NCBI GenBank assembly: GCA_964460855.1
Contig: CAYWQH010000004.1
Span: forward strand, 39,015 to 103,014
Direction: 5' to 3'
DNA: 64,000 nucleotides
From: an uncultured Candidatus Saccharibacteria bacterium
GTDB taxonomy: Bacteria > Patescibacteriota > Saccharimonadia > Saccharimonadales > UBA10212
Part shown: in pieces, positions 45,140-54,138 of the stretch
Numbering within the stretch: position 1 is the first letter of the stretch
Layout: every line of letters begins with the position of its first letter
Position numbers and translations under genes: made by a program
The notes under the pieces: model-generated
The model's database searches: none
What the model was told of the DNA's origin: nothing
Seen by the model: only the letters and a program-made list of their open reading frames with translations

Positions 45140-45773
45140 ATAAAACAGACCTTGTGTCGTGGGGGAGTTCGCCCCCAAAGATGTATTCGGTTAGCATGGC
45201 GTTAATTTCGCCCAAAATCTTCCCCATTTCCCCCTGCTCCGCCTTGTTGAATTTATCTAATACAAACTTATCGGAATCAGTTTTGTCAGAGTGTTCATTA
45301 GATATGCCAACACGCAGTCGGCCGAAGTCCTCGCCCATATGCTCAATTAACGATTTTATGCCGTTATGGCCGGCGCTTTCGCCGCCTACCCTGGCCCGGA
45401 TCTGGCCAAACGGCAAAGCCAGCTCGTCGTGGACTACGACGGTCTCCGGGTTATAGACGCGATAATATCGCTGTAGCGCCCCAGCCGCCTGGCCGCTCAT
45501 ATTCATGAAAGTCAGCGGTTTGCATAAAATTACTTTTACCGGCCCCATCATCATGGAAGTTTCCAAACACTGGAGGTCCCTTTTTAAAACCCAGCCCGGA
45601 AAGTCATTTTTTTCGGCAAAACTGTCTAGCGCGGCAAACCCCAGGTTATGGCGGGTGCCGTCGTACTCCTCTCCTGGGTTGCCGAGGCCGATTATCAGGT
45701 ATGTTTTACCGCCGCCAACCGTATAGGCCGGCGCGCTGTTGCCTACTTCTACTCTTCGCTGCAATAATCCCAT
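45138..45773 (-). CDS. pth: Peptidyl-tRNA hydrolase
   Basis: YLIIGLGNPGEEYDGTRHNLGF and GHNGIKS. Confidence 0.93.
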   Translation of the reverse strand: MGLLQRRVEVGNSAPAYTVGGGKTYLIIGLGNPGEEYDGTRHNLGFAALDSFAEKNDFPGWVLKRDLQCLETSMMMGPVKVILCKPLTFMNMSGQAAGALQRYYRVYNPETVVVHDELALPFGQIRARVGGESAGHNGIKSLIEHMGEDFGRLRVGISNEHSDKTDSDKFVLDKFNKAEQGEMGKILGEINAMLTEYIFGGELPHDTRSVL

Positions 45774-45914
45774 TTGGCTTTAGTATTCCGCATTGTACTT
45801 TTTAGCGCAAGCCAACCCCGTTCGGTATGGTAATATTTAATTCCATGCGAAAACCGCGCGCCCGCGGGGCAACATGGTCGTTAACAAGCAGCGCGTCCGA
45901 TTTTAAGGAGAATA

Positions 45915-46103
45915 TTGCTTTCCAAAGAAGACGTCATTTTCCGCGTAATACTAGCGTTTATGACGATTACACTTTTCGTCGTAGGCGTTTACTACTACAA
46001 GTATATAGACCACTACCGGGGGCACCAGATACTTGGGTGCTCCGGAGCCCTGTTCGGGCTCTTAGTCGTGGTGGTTATCTGGGAAAAACCCAAGCGGCTC
46101 TGA
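45915..46103 (+). CDS. Mini-gene 4: 62-aa predicted 2-TM peptide
   Basis: AAGGAG (45905-45910), then TTG. TGGTAATAT extended -10 at 45828-45836. Two hydrophobic helices and a basic end (EKPKRL). Hairpin at 46107-46133. Confidence 0.45.
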   Translation: MLSKEDVIFRVILAFMTITLFVVGVYYYKYIDHYRGHQILGCSGALFGLLVVVVIWEKPKRL

Positions 46104-46184
46104 CAACTCCCCGGGGCCCCAGCCCCTGGGGAGCACCTTCCGCGCTGCTTAAGTCCTAATGATTGCAAATAACGTATAATTTTG

Positions 46185-46213
46185 TTGATAAAAGTTGCTA
46201 AATATTGTACTAT
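46185..46213 (+). promoter_or_regulatory. Promoter of mini-gene 5
   Basis: TTGATA, 17 nt, TACTAT. Confidence 0.55.
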
Positions 46214-46298
46214 ATGTTTTAGCTAAGTGAGCAACGTCTGTTGCCCATCACGCGAACTTTAGCAGTGCGCACACCAATCCGAGGCTTGGAGAATCAAA

Positions 46299-46592
46299 AT
46301 GCGAGAATTGGTACTAACGGCCATTACCGCGGTCTACGGAGTTGGCTGCGTCTGGGGCTACTTCTGGATCAAGGACTTTCTATGGAATGAACGGCACCCG
46401 ATGTACAGTAGCCGGCATTCATTCCCCGGCAGTTCTTACGAGCTGACGGACGGCACTTTCCTGGCGGTGTTCTACTGCCCGGCGTGGCCATTGCTGCTGA
46501 TCGGACTGCCGGTCTACGCCCGCACTAAGAGGCGTGGTGTACTATGGCAACTTACGCCGGCGCGTTTCCGAGACCAGGATCCTGACGCTTAA
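46299..46592 (+). CDS. Mini-gene 5: 97-aa predicted 2-TM peptide
   Basis: GGAG SD 7 nt before the ATG. Two hydrophobic helices separated by a polar loop, with a basic/acidic tail. Confidence 0.5.
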   Translation: MRELVLTAITAVYGVGCVWGYFWIKDFLWNERHPMYSSRHSFPGSSYELTDGTFLAVFYCPAWPLLLIGLPVYARTKRRGVLWQLTPARFRDQDPDA

Positions 46593-46619
46593 GGAGGGGC
46601 CGGGTTAGCCGGCCCCTCC
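46593..46619. terminator. Perfect 11-bp GC hairpin between convergent mini-gene 5 and der
   Basis: GGAGGGGCCGG-GTTAG-CCGGCCCCTCC. There is no U-tract on either side. Confidence 0.5.
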
Positions 46620-46642
46620 CAAGCGCGCTGCTACATTTATTA

Positions 46643-47959
46643 CTAATGTTTTTCGATGAACCAGAATTGGATTGGTGTGCCAACCATGTCCCACTTTTGC
46701 CTGAATTCCCGGTCCATGTAGCGCCGGTAGCTCCAGTGCAAATACTTGGTGTGGGCGCCGAAAATTTTAAATGCCGGAATCGGGTTGTCGTCTTCCTGCA
46801 CCATGTAATTTAGTTTCGGTGCCCTGCCCTTTAAACCGGCCGGCGGGTGGTCGTCGGTTACTTGTTTTAGCCACTGGTTAAGCTCCGGCGTTTTAAACCG
46901 CTGGTCGCGGCGCCGTTTTATGTCAGTTATAAGTTCGAACAGCTTGGTAACATTCTGGCCGGTTACGGCGCTGGTGAAAATTAAAGGAGCCCAGGGTACG
47001 AACTCAAAATTAGCGGTGATTTGCGGCGCTATTTCGTCCCTGGTGAAAGCATCTTTTTCGGCGCTGTCCCATTTGCTGACTACCAGCACCAGGCCTTTGC
47101 CGGCTTCTTTAACCAGCCCGGCTATTTTCTGGTCGAGCTGAACGCTTAATTCGTTTACGTCCATTAATAGCATGCAAATATCCGCCTGCTCTATAGCGGC
47201 TAAAGCCCGCAATACACTAAACTTTTCGACGCCGCGCTCGATTTTGCCGCTACGCCGGATGCCGGCGGTGTCCATAAGCTCAATCTCGCGGTCGCGGAAG
47301 CGAACGGTAATGCGGTTAACGTCGCGGGTGGTGCCGGCCCGGTCGGCCACTAGGGCCTGTTGTTTCTTGGCCAGCGAATTAAACAAACTGGACTTGCCCA
47401 CGTTCGGGCGGCCCAAAATTGCAACCCTGATGCGGTTGGGGTCTTCGTCGATTTTGGCTGGCGTTATGCTGACCGTTACCGACTTTAACAGCTCTGCCAG
47501 CCCTGTTTTTTGGGTGGTGCTGGTAAGAACTACCTGCTTGATGCCTAGTTTTTGGAAATCTTCCGGCTTGGCCTTTTTAGCTTTGTCCGATTTGTTGATA
47601 ACTAAAAAAACCGGCTTGCGGCTTTTGTGGGCCAGGGTTGCCACCCGGCGGTCTTCGTCGGTAAATGGCACGTCGGCTTCGGTTACGACCAGGATAATAT
47701 CGGCCGCATATGTTGCTTCCGTGATTTGCTCCTGGATAGATAGTTCGAAATCGTCTTCGGCGGCCTTCATGCCCGCCGTGTCGACCAGCCAAAAGTCTTT
47801 GCCGCCGTAGCTGGCTTTGGCGGTTATGCTGTCGCGGGTGGTGCCCGGCTCGCGGGCTACCACTGCCTCGCGGCGGCCCAAAACCGCATTGAACAAGCTG
47901 GACTTGCCCACGTTAGCCCGCCCGACAATCGCTACAATCGGAACTTTGGTATTACTCAT
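46643..47959 (-). CDS. der: Ribosome-associated GTPase Der/EngA
   Basis: Two G domains (GRANVGKSS and GRPNVGKSS) plus a C-terminal KH-like domain. Confidence 0.95.
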   Translation of the reverse strand: MSNTKVPIVAIVGRANVGKSSLFNAVLGRREAVVAREPGTTRDSITAKASYGGKDFWLVDTAGMKAAEDDFELSIQEQITEATYAADIILVVTEADVPFTDEDRRVATLAHKSRKPVFLVINKSDKAKKAKPEDFQKLGIKQVVLTSTTQKTGLAELLKSVTVSITPAKIDEDPNRIRVAILGRPNVGKSSLFNSLAKKQQALVADRAGTTRDVNRITVRFRDREIELMDTAGIRRSGKIERGVEKFSVLRALAAIEQADICMLLMDVNELSVQLDQKIAGLVKEAGKGLVLVVSKWDSAEKDAFTRDEIAPQITANFEFVPWAPLIFTSAVTGQNVTKLFELITDIKRRRDQRFKTPELNQWLKQVTDDHPPAGLKGRAPKLNYMVQEDDNPIPAFKIFGAHTKYLHWSYRRYMDREFRQKWDMVGTPIQFWFIEKH

Positions 47960-48033
47960 AATTCACCTGTTATTCTACCAGAAGCACAATTAAAAACATA
48001 GACAAAAGCATACAATTATTATAAAATAAGCAA

Positions 48034-48660
48034 ATGTCAATGGTCGGACAATTTGGTAGGTGGCTTGGTGATTCTTATACCGGGATAAAAGCTCAATCTG
48101 GCGTATTCGATCAAATCTTGTTCGATATGGAGCGCGCTCATTTATCGCCGGACGATTTATTCACAAAATTGGGCAGCTTACCATTGGAACTTATAGTGGC
48201 TACTAACTTCGTACATGACGAAACTGATAAAAATTCACGTAAGCTTGTAAAAGAAAAGCAACAAGCTGAAAAAATAGTATCGGCGGTTTTAGAATTTACA
48301 GGTACTCAGGTAACGGCTATTGGCAGTGACGTGCACGAATTTAGCCACGACGGCTATACAACGCGACATTACCGTACTTCTGACAAATTAATCCATAATG
48401 CCGTAAAAGACGCCGGTATTCCTTATAGACAAACACATATTTCTGCCGGCGAGCATAAAGCAACACCGGACCATCAAGAAACCTATATTTCGGAGGTTTC
48501 GCATCATATAGCAGTCGTTGGTACCCTGTACGCTGATTCGTTATATATACCCGCCGGTTATAAAGAGTTGGTTGATGGCGCTGCCTTTCACTTTGATAAA
48601 ACTGCCGGCGACTGGCACAAAATAGCCGCAAATATCGACAACGTTAAACCCATATCCTGA
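48034..48660 (+). CDS. Hypothetical protein, AT-rich orphan
   Basis: 208-aa ORF with no recognised motif. TATAAA (48020-48025) lies 8 nt before the ATG and there is no SD. Confidence 0.5.
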   Translation: MSMVGQFGRWLGDSYTGIKAQSGVFDQILFDMERAHLSPDDLFTKLGSLPLELIVATNFVHDETDKNSRKLVKEKQQAEKIVSAVLEFTGTQVTAIGSDVHEFSHDGYTTRHYRTSDKLIHNAVKDAGIPYRQTHISAGEHKATPDHQETYISEVSHHIAVVGTLYADSLYIPAGYKELVDGAAFHFDKTAGDWHKIAANIDNVKPIS

Positions 48661-48662
48661 CT

Positions 48663-49325
48663 CTAAATAACTAGTTGCTTGGCATCGCCGGGGGCTAAAT
48701 CGCCCAAATGAAACGGGCCAAAAGTTATGCGGTGAAGTTTTGTAACTTTATAACCCAAACTTTCGAAAGTCCGGCGGATTTGGCGGTTGCGCCCCTCGGC
48801 CATTTTTACTTCGTATAACGTGTCGTCGGCCGACGGCAGCCGCACGACAGTTAAGCGGCTTATGCCATCGTCGAGGCGTACGCCCCTATTCAGCTGTTGT
48901 AAGTCCGGGGCGGCTAGCGCCCGGTCTACTTTTACCTGGTAAATCTTTAGCTTCTTAAATCTAGGATGGGTCAGTTGGTTGGCCAATTTGCCGTCGTTGG
49001 TTAAAAGTATTAATCCGGTAGAATCTTTGTCCAGCCGGCCCACCGGCTTAAGTTTGCGGTATTGTGCCGGCAGTAAGTCATAAATGGTCTGGCCGCCCTG
49101 CCCGGCGCGCGAGCTGATGTAACCTTCCGGTTTATTTAGCATAACTGTCAGCTGCTCACCGGTGCTCAGCAAGATGCCGTCCAGGCGTATTTTGTCCATA
49201 GAGCTGGTTTTAGCGCCCAGGGACGCGCTTTGGCCATTGACAGTTACCTGGCCGCTTTGGATAAGTTTATCGGCTTGCCGGCGCGATATACCGGTTGCCA
49301 AAGCAATATATTGGTTTAGGCGCAT
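48663..49325 (-). CDS. Pseudouridine synthase, RsuA/RluB family
   Basis: N-terminal S4 domain (RLNQYIALATGISRRQADKLI) and catalytic GRLDKDSTGLILLTNDG. Confidence 0.88.
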   Translation of the reverse strand: MRLNQYIALATGISRRQADKLIQSGQVTVNGQSASLGAKTSSMDKIRLDGILLSTGEQLTVMLNKPEGYISSRAGQGGQTIYDLLPAQYRKLKPVGRLDKDSTGLILLTNDGKLANQLTHPRFKKLKIYQVKVDRALAAPDLQQLNRGVRLDDGISRLTVVRLPSADDTLYEVKMAEGRNRQIRRTFESLGYKVTKLHRITFGPFHLGDLAPGDAKQLVI

Positions 49326-49346
49326 ACCATAAACCAGTATATCCGA

Positions 49347-50783
49347 TTACAACGCAATGCTGCTGGGGTCGATGTTTTGGCCCGGCTGGGCGTTATCTGG
49401 AGTAATAAAACCGCTTGCCGGGGGTTGTACCGGTGGTGGGGCTTCTACCTTAAGTTGTACGTCTTTCGGTGCTTCGAATACGTCGCCCGAGGCGTTCTCG
49501 ACATTTATAACAGCACCGGTGGGCAAACTTTGGGCGGCGCGCATCCGGTTTTGTTCGGCCACTTCTTTTTCGACTAAGGCGTTTAGATCCGGAGTTTTAT
49601 TTAAATCATTGATTGGCGATATAACTTTTAAATGAGGCGGGTTAACAACGGTTTTTGGAGTGGACTGGACTTCGGGCTGGGGTGCCGGCTGTGGGGCTGG
49701 AGTTTCTACCGCTGGCGGTGTCTCTACAGGAGCTGGAGCTGTAGATGCTGCTGGCACCGGGCTAGGGGCTGGAGTTGCGGCCTGCGGGACTGGTTCAGCC
49801 GTCTGGGGCGGCACTGGCACTTGTGTGGTAGCTACGGCTGGCGGAGCTTCGGCAGTTGGCGCGGCTGCCGGGGCTACCGGCGCGGAGGTAACTACCATTC
49901 CGCTAGGGCTCAACTGGCCGGCGGCAATTGGAGTAACCGGTGCAGCGACATTCATTGGCGCGGTCGGGGCCGATTCGGAGCTGCCAATTATAGCGTTACT
50001 ATCTATAAAATTATTAATTTGGGCCTCTATGGCCGCCTCTTCTTCGGCGATCGATTGCGGCTGGTTGCTGGGCGGCGGAGTCGGCGCTTCGGCAGCCGGG
50101 GCTGGCGGCGGGTTTGTAGGAGTTACAGGCGGCGCCAGTTCGGGCTGCGCCGGGGCTTCGGTTGCCGGAATGGTGGCCGGCGCGGCTTCTAACTTCGGCG
50201 GGCCATCCGGTTCGGCCAACGGTGCGATCTCGGGCGGGGGTTCCGCAGTTGATGCTGCCGCTGCCGGGCTGGCGGGAGTTTCGGCGGCCGGGGGTTCTGA
50301 CGGCGCCGTTGAATCTATCTTGAGGTCTTTGTTGGGTTCTAAACCGCCTTCACTGGGCGCCGGAGCAGCCGGCGCGGCCGGAGCTTCGGCTGCTTGCAGC
50401 TTAGTGCTAGGCGCGGAGGGAGGCACTATAGACTTGGCGACATTTATATAATCCTGGGTCGAAACCTGCGATTTAACCAGGTATTTGACTACGCCCAGTT
50501 TATCGGCCTGGACTTTATCCTCGGCTTGGTCGAGGGCGGTCATCATAATAACCGGCGTATCTTTAAAGGTCGGAATTTGGCGGATTTTGGTAAGCATATC
50601 AAAACCGCTCATCCGCGGCATCATTGTATCGGTAATAATCAGGTCCGGCTTTTCTTTAGCTAGCAGCTCTAAGGCTTCACCGCCGTTTACAGCTGTTAGC
50701 ACGTCATAGCCGACCGTTTTCAGGTTCTTGCTGTAAATTTCGACTAAGTTGGTGTCATCTTCGACGACTAGGACTGTTGCCAT
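49347..50783 (-). CDS. Response-regulator receiver fused to ~350-aa Pro/Ala-rich low-complexity region
   Basis: REC domain (VEDD, DLIITDTMMP, VKYLVKS) in the first ~120 aa, then PAAPAAPAP-type sequence. No DNA-binding or enzymatic output domain is recognised. Confidence 0.8.
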   Translation of the reverse strand: MATVLVVEDDTNLVEIYSKNLKTVGYDVLTAVNGGEALELLAKEKPDLIITDTMMPRMSGFDMLTKIRQIPTFKDTPVIMMTALDQAEDKVQADKLGVVKYLVKSQVSTQDYINVAKSIVPPSAPSTKLQAAEAPAAPAAPAPSEGGLEPNKDLKIDSTAPSEPPAAETPASPAAAASTAEPPPEIAPLAEPDGPPKLEAAPATIPATEAPAQPELAPPVTPTNPPPAPAAEAPTPPPSNQPQSIAEEEAAIEAQINNFIDSNAIIGSSESAPTAPMNVAAPVTPIAAGQLSPSGMVVTSAPVAPAAAPTAEAPPAVATTQVPVPPQTAEPVPQAATPAPSPVPAASTAPAPVETPPAVETPAPQPAPQPEVQSTPKTVVNPPHLKVISPINDLNKTPDLNALVEKEVAEQNRMRAAQSLPTGAVINVENASGDVFEAPKDVQLKVEAPPPVQPPASGFITPDNAQPGQNIDPSSIAL

Positions 50784-50826
50784 CTGTTAACTTTTCGCTA
50801 TCTTGCTAAAGTTTATTGTAGCACGC

Positions 50827-52107
50827 TTAAGTTTTTTGCTGGGAGTTAGTGGGTTTAATTAAAACACCGGATTTTACCTGGGCATCCTCTGCCTGCACCT
50901 TAGCTACATCGGCGCTGCTGAGGCGGGGTAATTTAACGAAAAATGTACTGCCCTTGCCTAGTGAGCTTTCGCACCATATCCGGCCCTGGTACAGCTCTTC
51001 GATAATTTTACGGGCGATAAACAGGCCCAGCCCTGTACCGCCGACGGTCCTGGTTAAGGAGTTATCTACCCGGTAGAATTTTTGGAAGATATGCGGCAGG
51101 TCTTCGGCCGACATGCCGGGCCCGGTATCGCTGACCCGTATTTGGACGTTTACCTCGTCGCCGGTAACGTGGACGCTAATGCGGCCTTCGTTGGAATATT
51201 TTATGGCGTTGTCCAGCAGGTTTTGAATGACTTCGCGGATACGGTCGGGGTCGGCGTTAACATAAAACAATGGCCGGACCGGGTTTTTATTAACTATGGT
51301 GGGCGAGCCGACCACGTAATCCAGGGCCAGGCCTTTCTTGCCGGCGTTAAACCGGGCCTCGTCGGTTATCGCCTGCAGTAACGCTCCAAGTTCAATAACC
51401 TTCGGGTGGTTTGTTAAGCGGCCGTCATCGGCTTTGGAGCTGGTCAGCAGGTCCTGGAACAAGGTACCTAAGTGGATAGTGGCGGCATGGGCTTTTTCCA
51501 GGTAGCCTTTAGCCACGGCATTAAGGTTGCTGGCCGGATCGTTCATAGCCAGCGTTAAAAAGCCTTCAACTGCGGCGATGGGCGTGCGCATTTCGTGGCT
51601 GGCGGTGCTAATAAAATCGGCCCGCTGCCGCTCCTCTTCTTTTTCGTTGGTAACGTCGCGCAGCACGCCGACAGCTCCGGTAATAGCTTTGGTGCGCTCA
51701 TCAATAACCGGCGACACGATAAGCGATACTGGCATACGTTTATTGCCTTTGGTAACCAGCACTGTGTCGTTATTCCGGACGGTACGGATTTCTTCTATGG
51801 CTTGGGTAAAAGGGTCTTTTTCGGGTTGGTAGGGCTGCTCGTTTTCGTCGAGCAGCTGAAGCACCGAGCGGTATTCCAGGCCCACGGCATCATTAGCCAC
51901 CCAGCCGGTTATACGGGTGGCTGCCGGGTTAAACAATTGGATGACTTTATTGGCGTTAATTAACACCACGCCGTCTTCAATCGAATCAATAATTATTTGC
52001 GAGGCCAAATGTTCGTCCGGCATGCGCGCCAGCGCTGGTTTTGGCCCAGTCGCCGGCGGCGGCGTTTCGGCCGCCGGCTTTTGGCTGTGCTTCTTAAACA
52101 ATGCCAT
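50827..52107 (-). CDS. Cytoplasmic PAS-domain sensor histidine kinase
   Basis: PAS region (IIDSIEDGVVLIN...NPAATRITGW), H-box SHEMRTP, G1 DTGPGM and G2 GTGLGL. No TM helix. Confidence 0.88.
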   Translation of the reverse strand: MALFKKHSQKPAAETPPPATGPKPALARMPDEHLASQIIIDSIEDGVVLINANKVIQLFNPAATRITGWVANDAVGLEYRSVLQLLDENEQPYQPEKDPFTQAIEEIRTVRNNDTVLVTKGNKRMPVSLIVSPVIDERTKAITGAVGVLRDVTNEKEEERQRADFISTASHEMRTPIAAVEGFLTLAMNDPASNLNAVAKGYLEKAHAATIHLGTLFQDLLTSSKADDGRLTNHPKVIELGALLQAITDEARFNAGKKGLALDYVVGSPTIVNKNPVRPLFYVNADPDRIREVIQNLLDNAIKYSNEGRISVHVTGDEVNVQIRVSDTGPGMSAEDLPHIFQKFYRVDNSLTRTVGGTGLGLFIARKIIEELYQGRIWCESSLGKGSTFFVKLPRLSSADVAKVQAEDAQVKSGVLIKPTNSQQKT

Positions 52108-52175
52108 ATAGTGCCCTATTAATGCCCCAAATATTGCTATTGCTTATTATGGGCTTGCCCGGGCTTAAATTCAAA

Positions 52176-53285
52176 TCAGCTGGCTTTGGCGGGCGTGAGT
52201 GAGCCGGCAGCCGGCTTGTTAGCCGCTATGCGCTTATGGTGGCGCTCCATCAGCATAATGCTGATGCCGACAGCAGCAACAAAGCATATAACCGTAACGG
52301 CTATGCAAATTTGGCGGAGCTCCCTGGTAACGATGCCAAGGACCGCGACTACGGCCTGCGAAGTATTAGGGTCGGCCCCGTTGAATTTAATGCGCTGGCT
52401 GACTTGCGCCGGGCCTTCGGCAAACATTATGGCAATCAAAAAAGTCGTGAGGCCGGTAAAAATGCTTAGCCGGCGCAGTGCGTGCCAGCGGCGGTTAGAA
52501 ACCAGCAGCATTAAGCCGGTAGAAGTAACCGCCAGCGCTATGGCCGCAACCAGGCCCATCGTCATTTTTTGGTAGACATTTCGCAGCGTTGTAACCGGCT
52601 GGCTGGGGTTAAATATCAAAATGGTTTTGCCCGTATTGGAAGAGTTCTTAATTTCGAACTTGCCCATGTCTTGCGGCAGTTTATCCGGCACTATGAAAGC
52701 AAGCTGGGTTTTTTTGACTTCGCCAATTACGCCTAGAATTAATGGCTGAATATTAACGTTTATCGGCTTGTTTGGGTCAGTTTCTTTGAGCTGTGAAATT
52801 AGTTGCTCGTGGGTACTGGCCATGGTGTCTTGCCAAAGTTTTTCAAATTGCGGGGCGGCCAAGATTTGCTGGATGGAAGTTTGGATAATTTTATTCGACT
52901 GGCTGCGGATCTCTTGGGGCGTGGTAGTGGCCGGTGCCTTAGGCAGGAATTTTTGTTTGAGGTCCGGGGTTGATACGTCTTTGGTTAGCGCCGAAGCGAT
53001 ATTGCCGGCAATGGCCCCTTGTACGCTGCTGTTTTGCTCGACTTGGCCCATTATGGCGGCGAACTGTTTGGAATTGGTCAGGGTGTGGTTCATCCAGTAG
53101 CTGAATACGCAGGCGATAAGGCTGTAAAACGCCAGACTGCCCAGCAGGAACGCCAAAAAGCCGCGCCACCATGGCCCTTTGGTTTTTGCCTCTTTAACTT
53201 CCGGCGCTTTAGCCGGTTTGACTTTGGAATCCGCTGCTTTGTCGGCAGGTTTGTCGGATTTTGATTTGCGAGTATCAAAATTCAT
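52176..53285 (-). CDS. Membrane protein, unknown function
   Basis: Lys-rich N-terminus, one TM helix, an extracytoplasmic domain of about 190 aa, then 3-4 C-terminal TM helices. Confidence 0.55.
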   Translation of the reverse strand: MNFDTRKSKSDKPADKAADSKVKPAKAPEVKEAKTKGPWWRGFLAFLLGSLAFYSLIACVFSYWMNHTLTNSKQFAAIMGQVEQNSSVQGAIAGNIASALTKDVSTPDLKQKFLPKAPATTTPQEIRSQSNKIIQTSIQQILAAPQFEKLWQDTMASTHEQLISQLKETDPNKPINVNIQPLILGVIGEVKKTQLAFIVPDKLPQDMGKFEIKNSSNTGKTILIFNPSQPVTTLRNVYQKMTMGLVAAIALAVTSTGLMLLVSNRRWHALRRLSIFTGLTTFLIAIMFAEGPAQVSQRIKFNGADPNTSQAVVAVLGIVTRELRQICIAVTVICFVAAVGISIMLMERHHKRIAANKPAAGSLTPAKAS

Positions 53286-53345
53286 TTTTTGTTTTCCTAA
53301 TTGTTATAGCTTAATCAAACTAAAGCGTAAGGATAATGTCAATAG

Positions 53346-53942
53346 CTACGGCGAGATATAGACTGAACCGTCATGTTCTTCGAAGTCATAACTTATATAG
53401 GCCAGTAAACTCCAACCGTTTGGGTCTGTTTGAGATTCTGGAATAATGTATTCGAACGCCATTGGCTTGTAACGGCCAGAAATTTGTACGGCAAGCCCTC
53501 TCAAAGCAATTGTATCCGGGATAACAGCAATTCCTGCTCCCACCGATTTGGATATTTCAAACATCCAGATATCTGCGTAGGCGAAGTTCTCGACGTCACG
53601 AATGCTTCTGATATGCTTACTTGCTACTACTTCATAGCCGTCATTTTCCCATATTTCTTCTTGGGCCCTCTCCAAGATAGCTTCTATTAATTCCTCTTCG
53701 GTCGGCTCGATATGCTGCCCCGTAAACATTTCCGTGGCTGAATTTCTGATGATTCGGTCCAGCGGCATATCTTGTAAATGGAAACTTGGCCCATCTATGA
53801 ACGCCTGTTTTAATTCATCTTCTGGCTGCCTGAAAATATCTGGGCCATCGGGCAGTAGGCTTGCCTTTATCGATAACCCCTCAACAGAGGCGTTTGTTCT
53901 AACTATAGGGTATGGCCGGTCGCCATCGATATATATGTTCAT
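53346..53942 (-). CDS. Hypothetical protein, AT-rich orphan
   Basis: 198-aa acidic ORF with no recognised motif. TATAAT (plus-strand 53949-53954) lies 6 nt before the ATG and there is no SD. Confidence 0.5.
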   Translation of the reverse strand: MNIYIDGDRPYPIVRTNASVEGLSIKASLLPDGPDIFRQPEDELKQAFIDGPSFHLQDMPLDRIIRNSATEMFTGQHIEPTEEELIEAILERAQEEIWENDGYEVVASKHIRSIRDVENFAYADIWMFEISKSVGAGIAVIPDTIALRGLAVQISGRYKPMAFEYIIPESQTDPNGWSLLAYISYDFEEHDGSVYISP

Positions 53943-54105
53943 AATGCAATTATACTTGGTGACCTCACGGGGAATATAGCCTCAGGCCGGGGCGAAAGAC
54001 TCGCCTCGGCTTCAGCATATAATTCAATCCAAATAAAGTTAATTTGGCCTGAATTAGCGAACCCGCCATTTCAATCGCGGGTTAACTCGCTTTGCGAGCA
54101 ACCAA

Positions 54106-54130
54106 ATAAAAAAGCCCTCATTTAGAGAGC
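54106..54130 (-). terminator. Intrinsic terminator after tRNA-Glu
   Basis: On the minus strand, GCTCTC-TAAAT-GAGGGC followed by TTTTTTATT. Confidence 0.65.
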
Positions 54131-54138
54131 ATTTTATT

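Noticed and set aside
45138-45773. Functional link between pth and the flanking mini-genes by analogy to lambda bar minigenes
   Set aside because: bar minigenes are 2-3 codons long. These ORFs are 62-97 codons with TM-like sequences. The adjacency is noted, but the analogy is not supported by the sequence.
49660-50451. 263-aa Gly/Ala-rich plus-strand ORF, and 49632-50192
   Set aside because: It is the mirror image of the Pro/Ala-rich coding repeat of the receiver protein. GGN/GCN codons arise automatically from the NGG/NGC complement.
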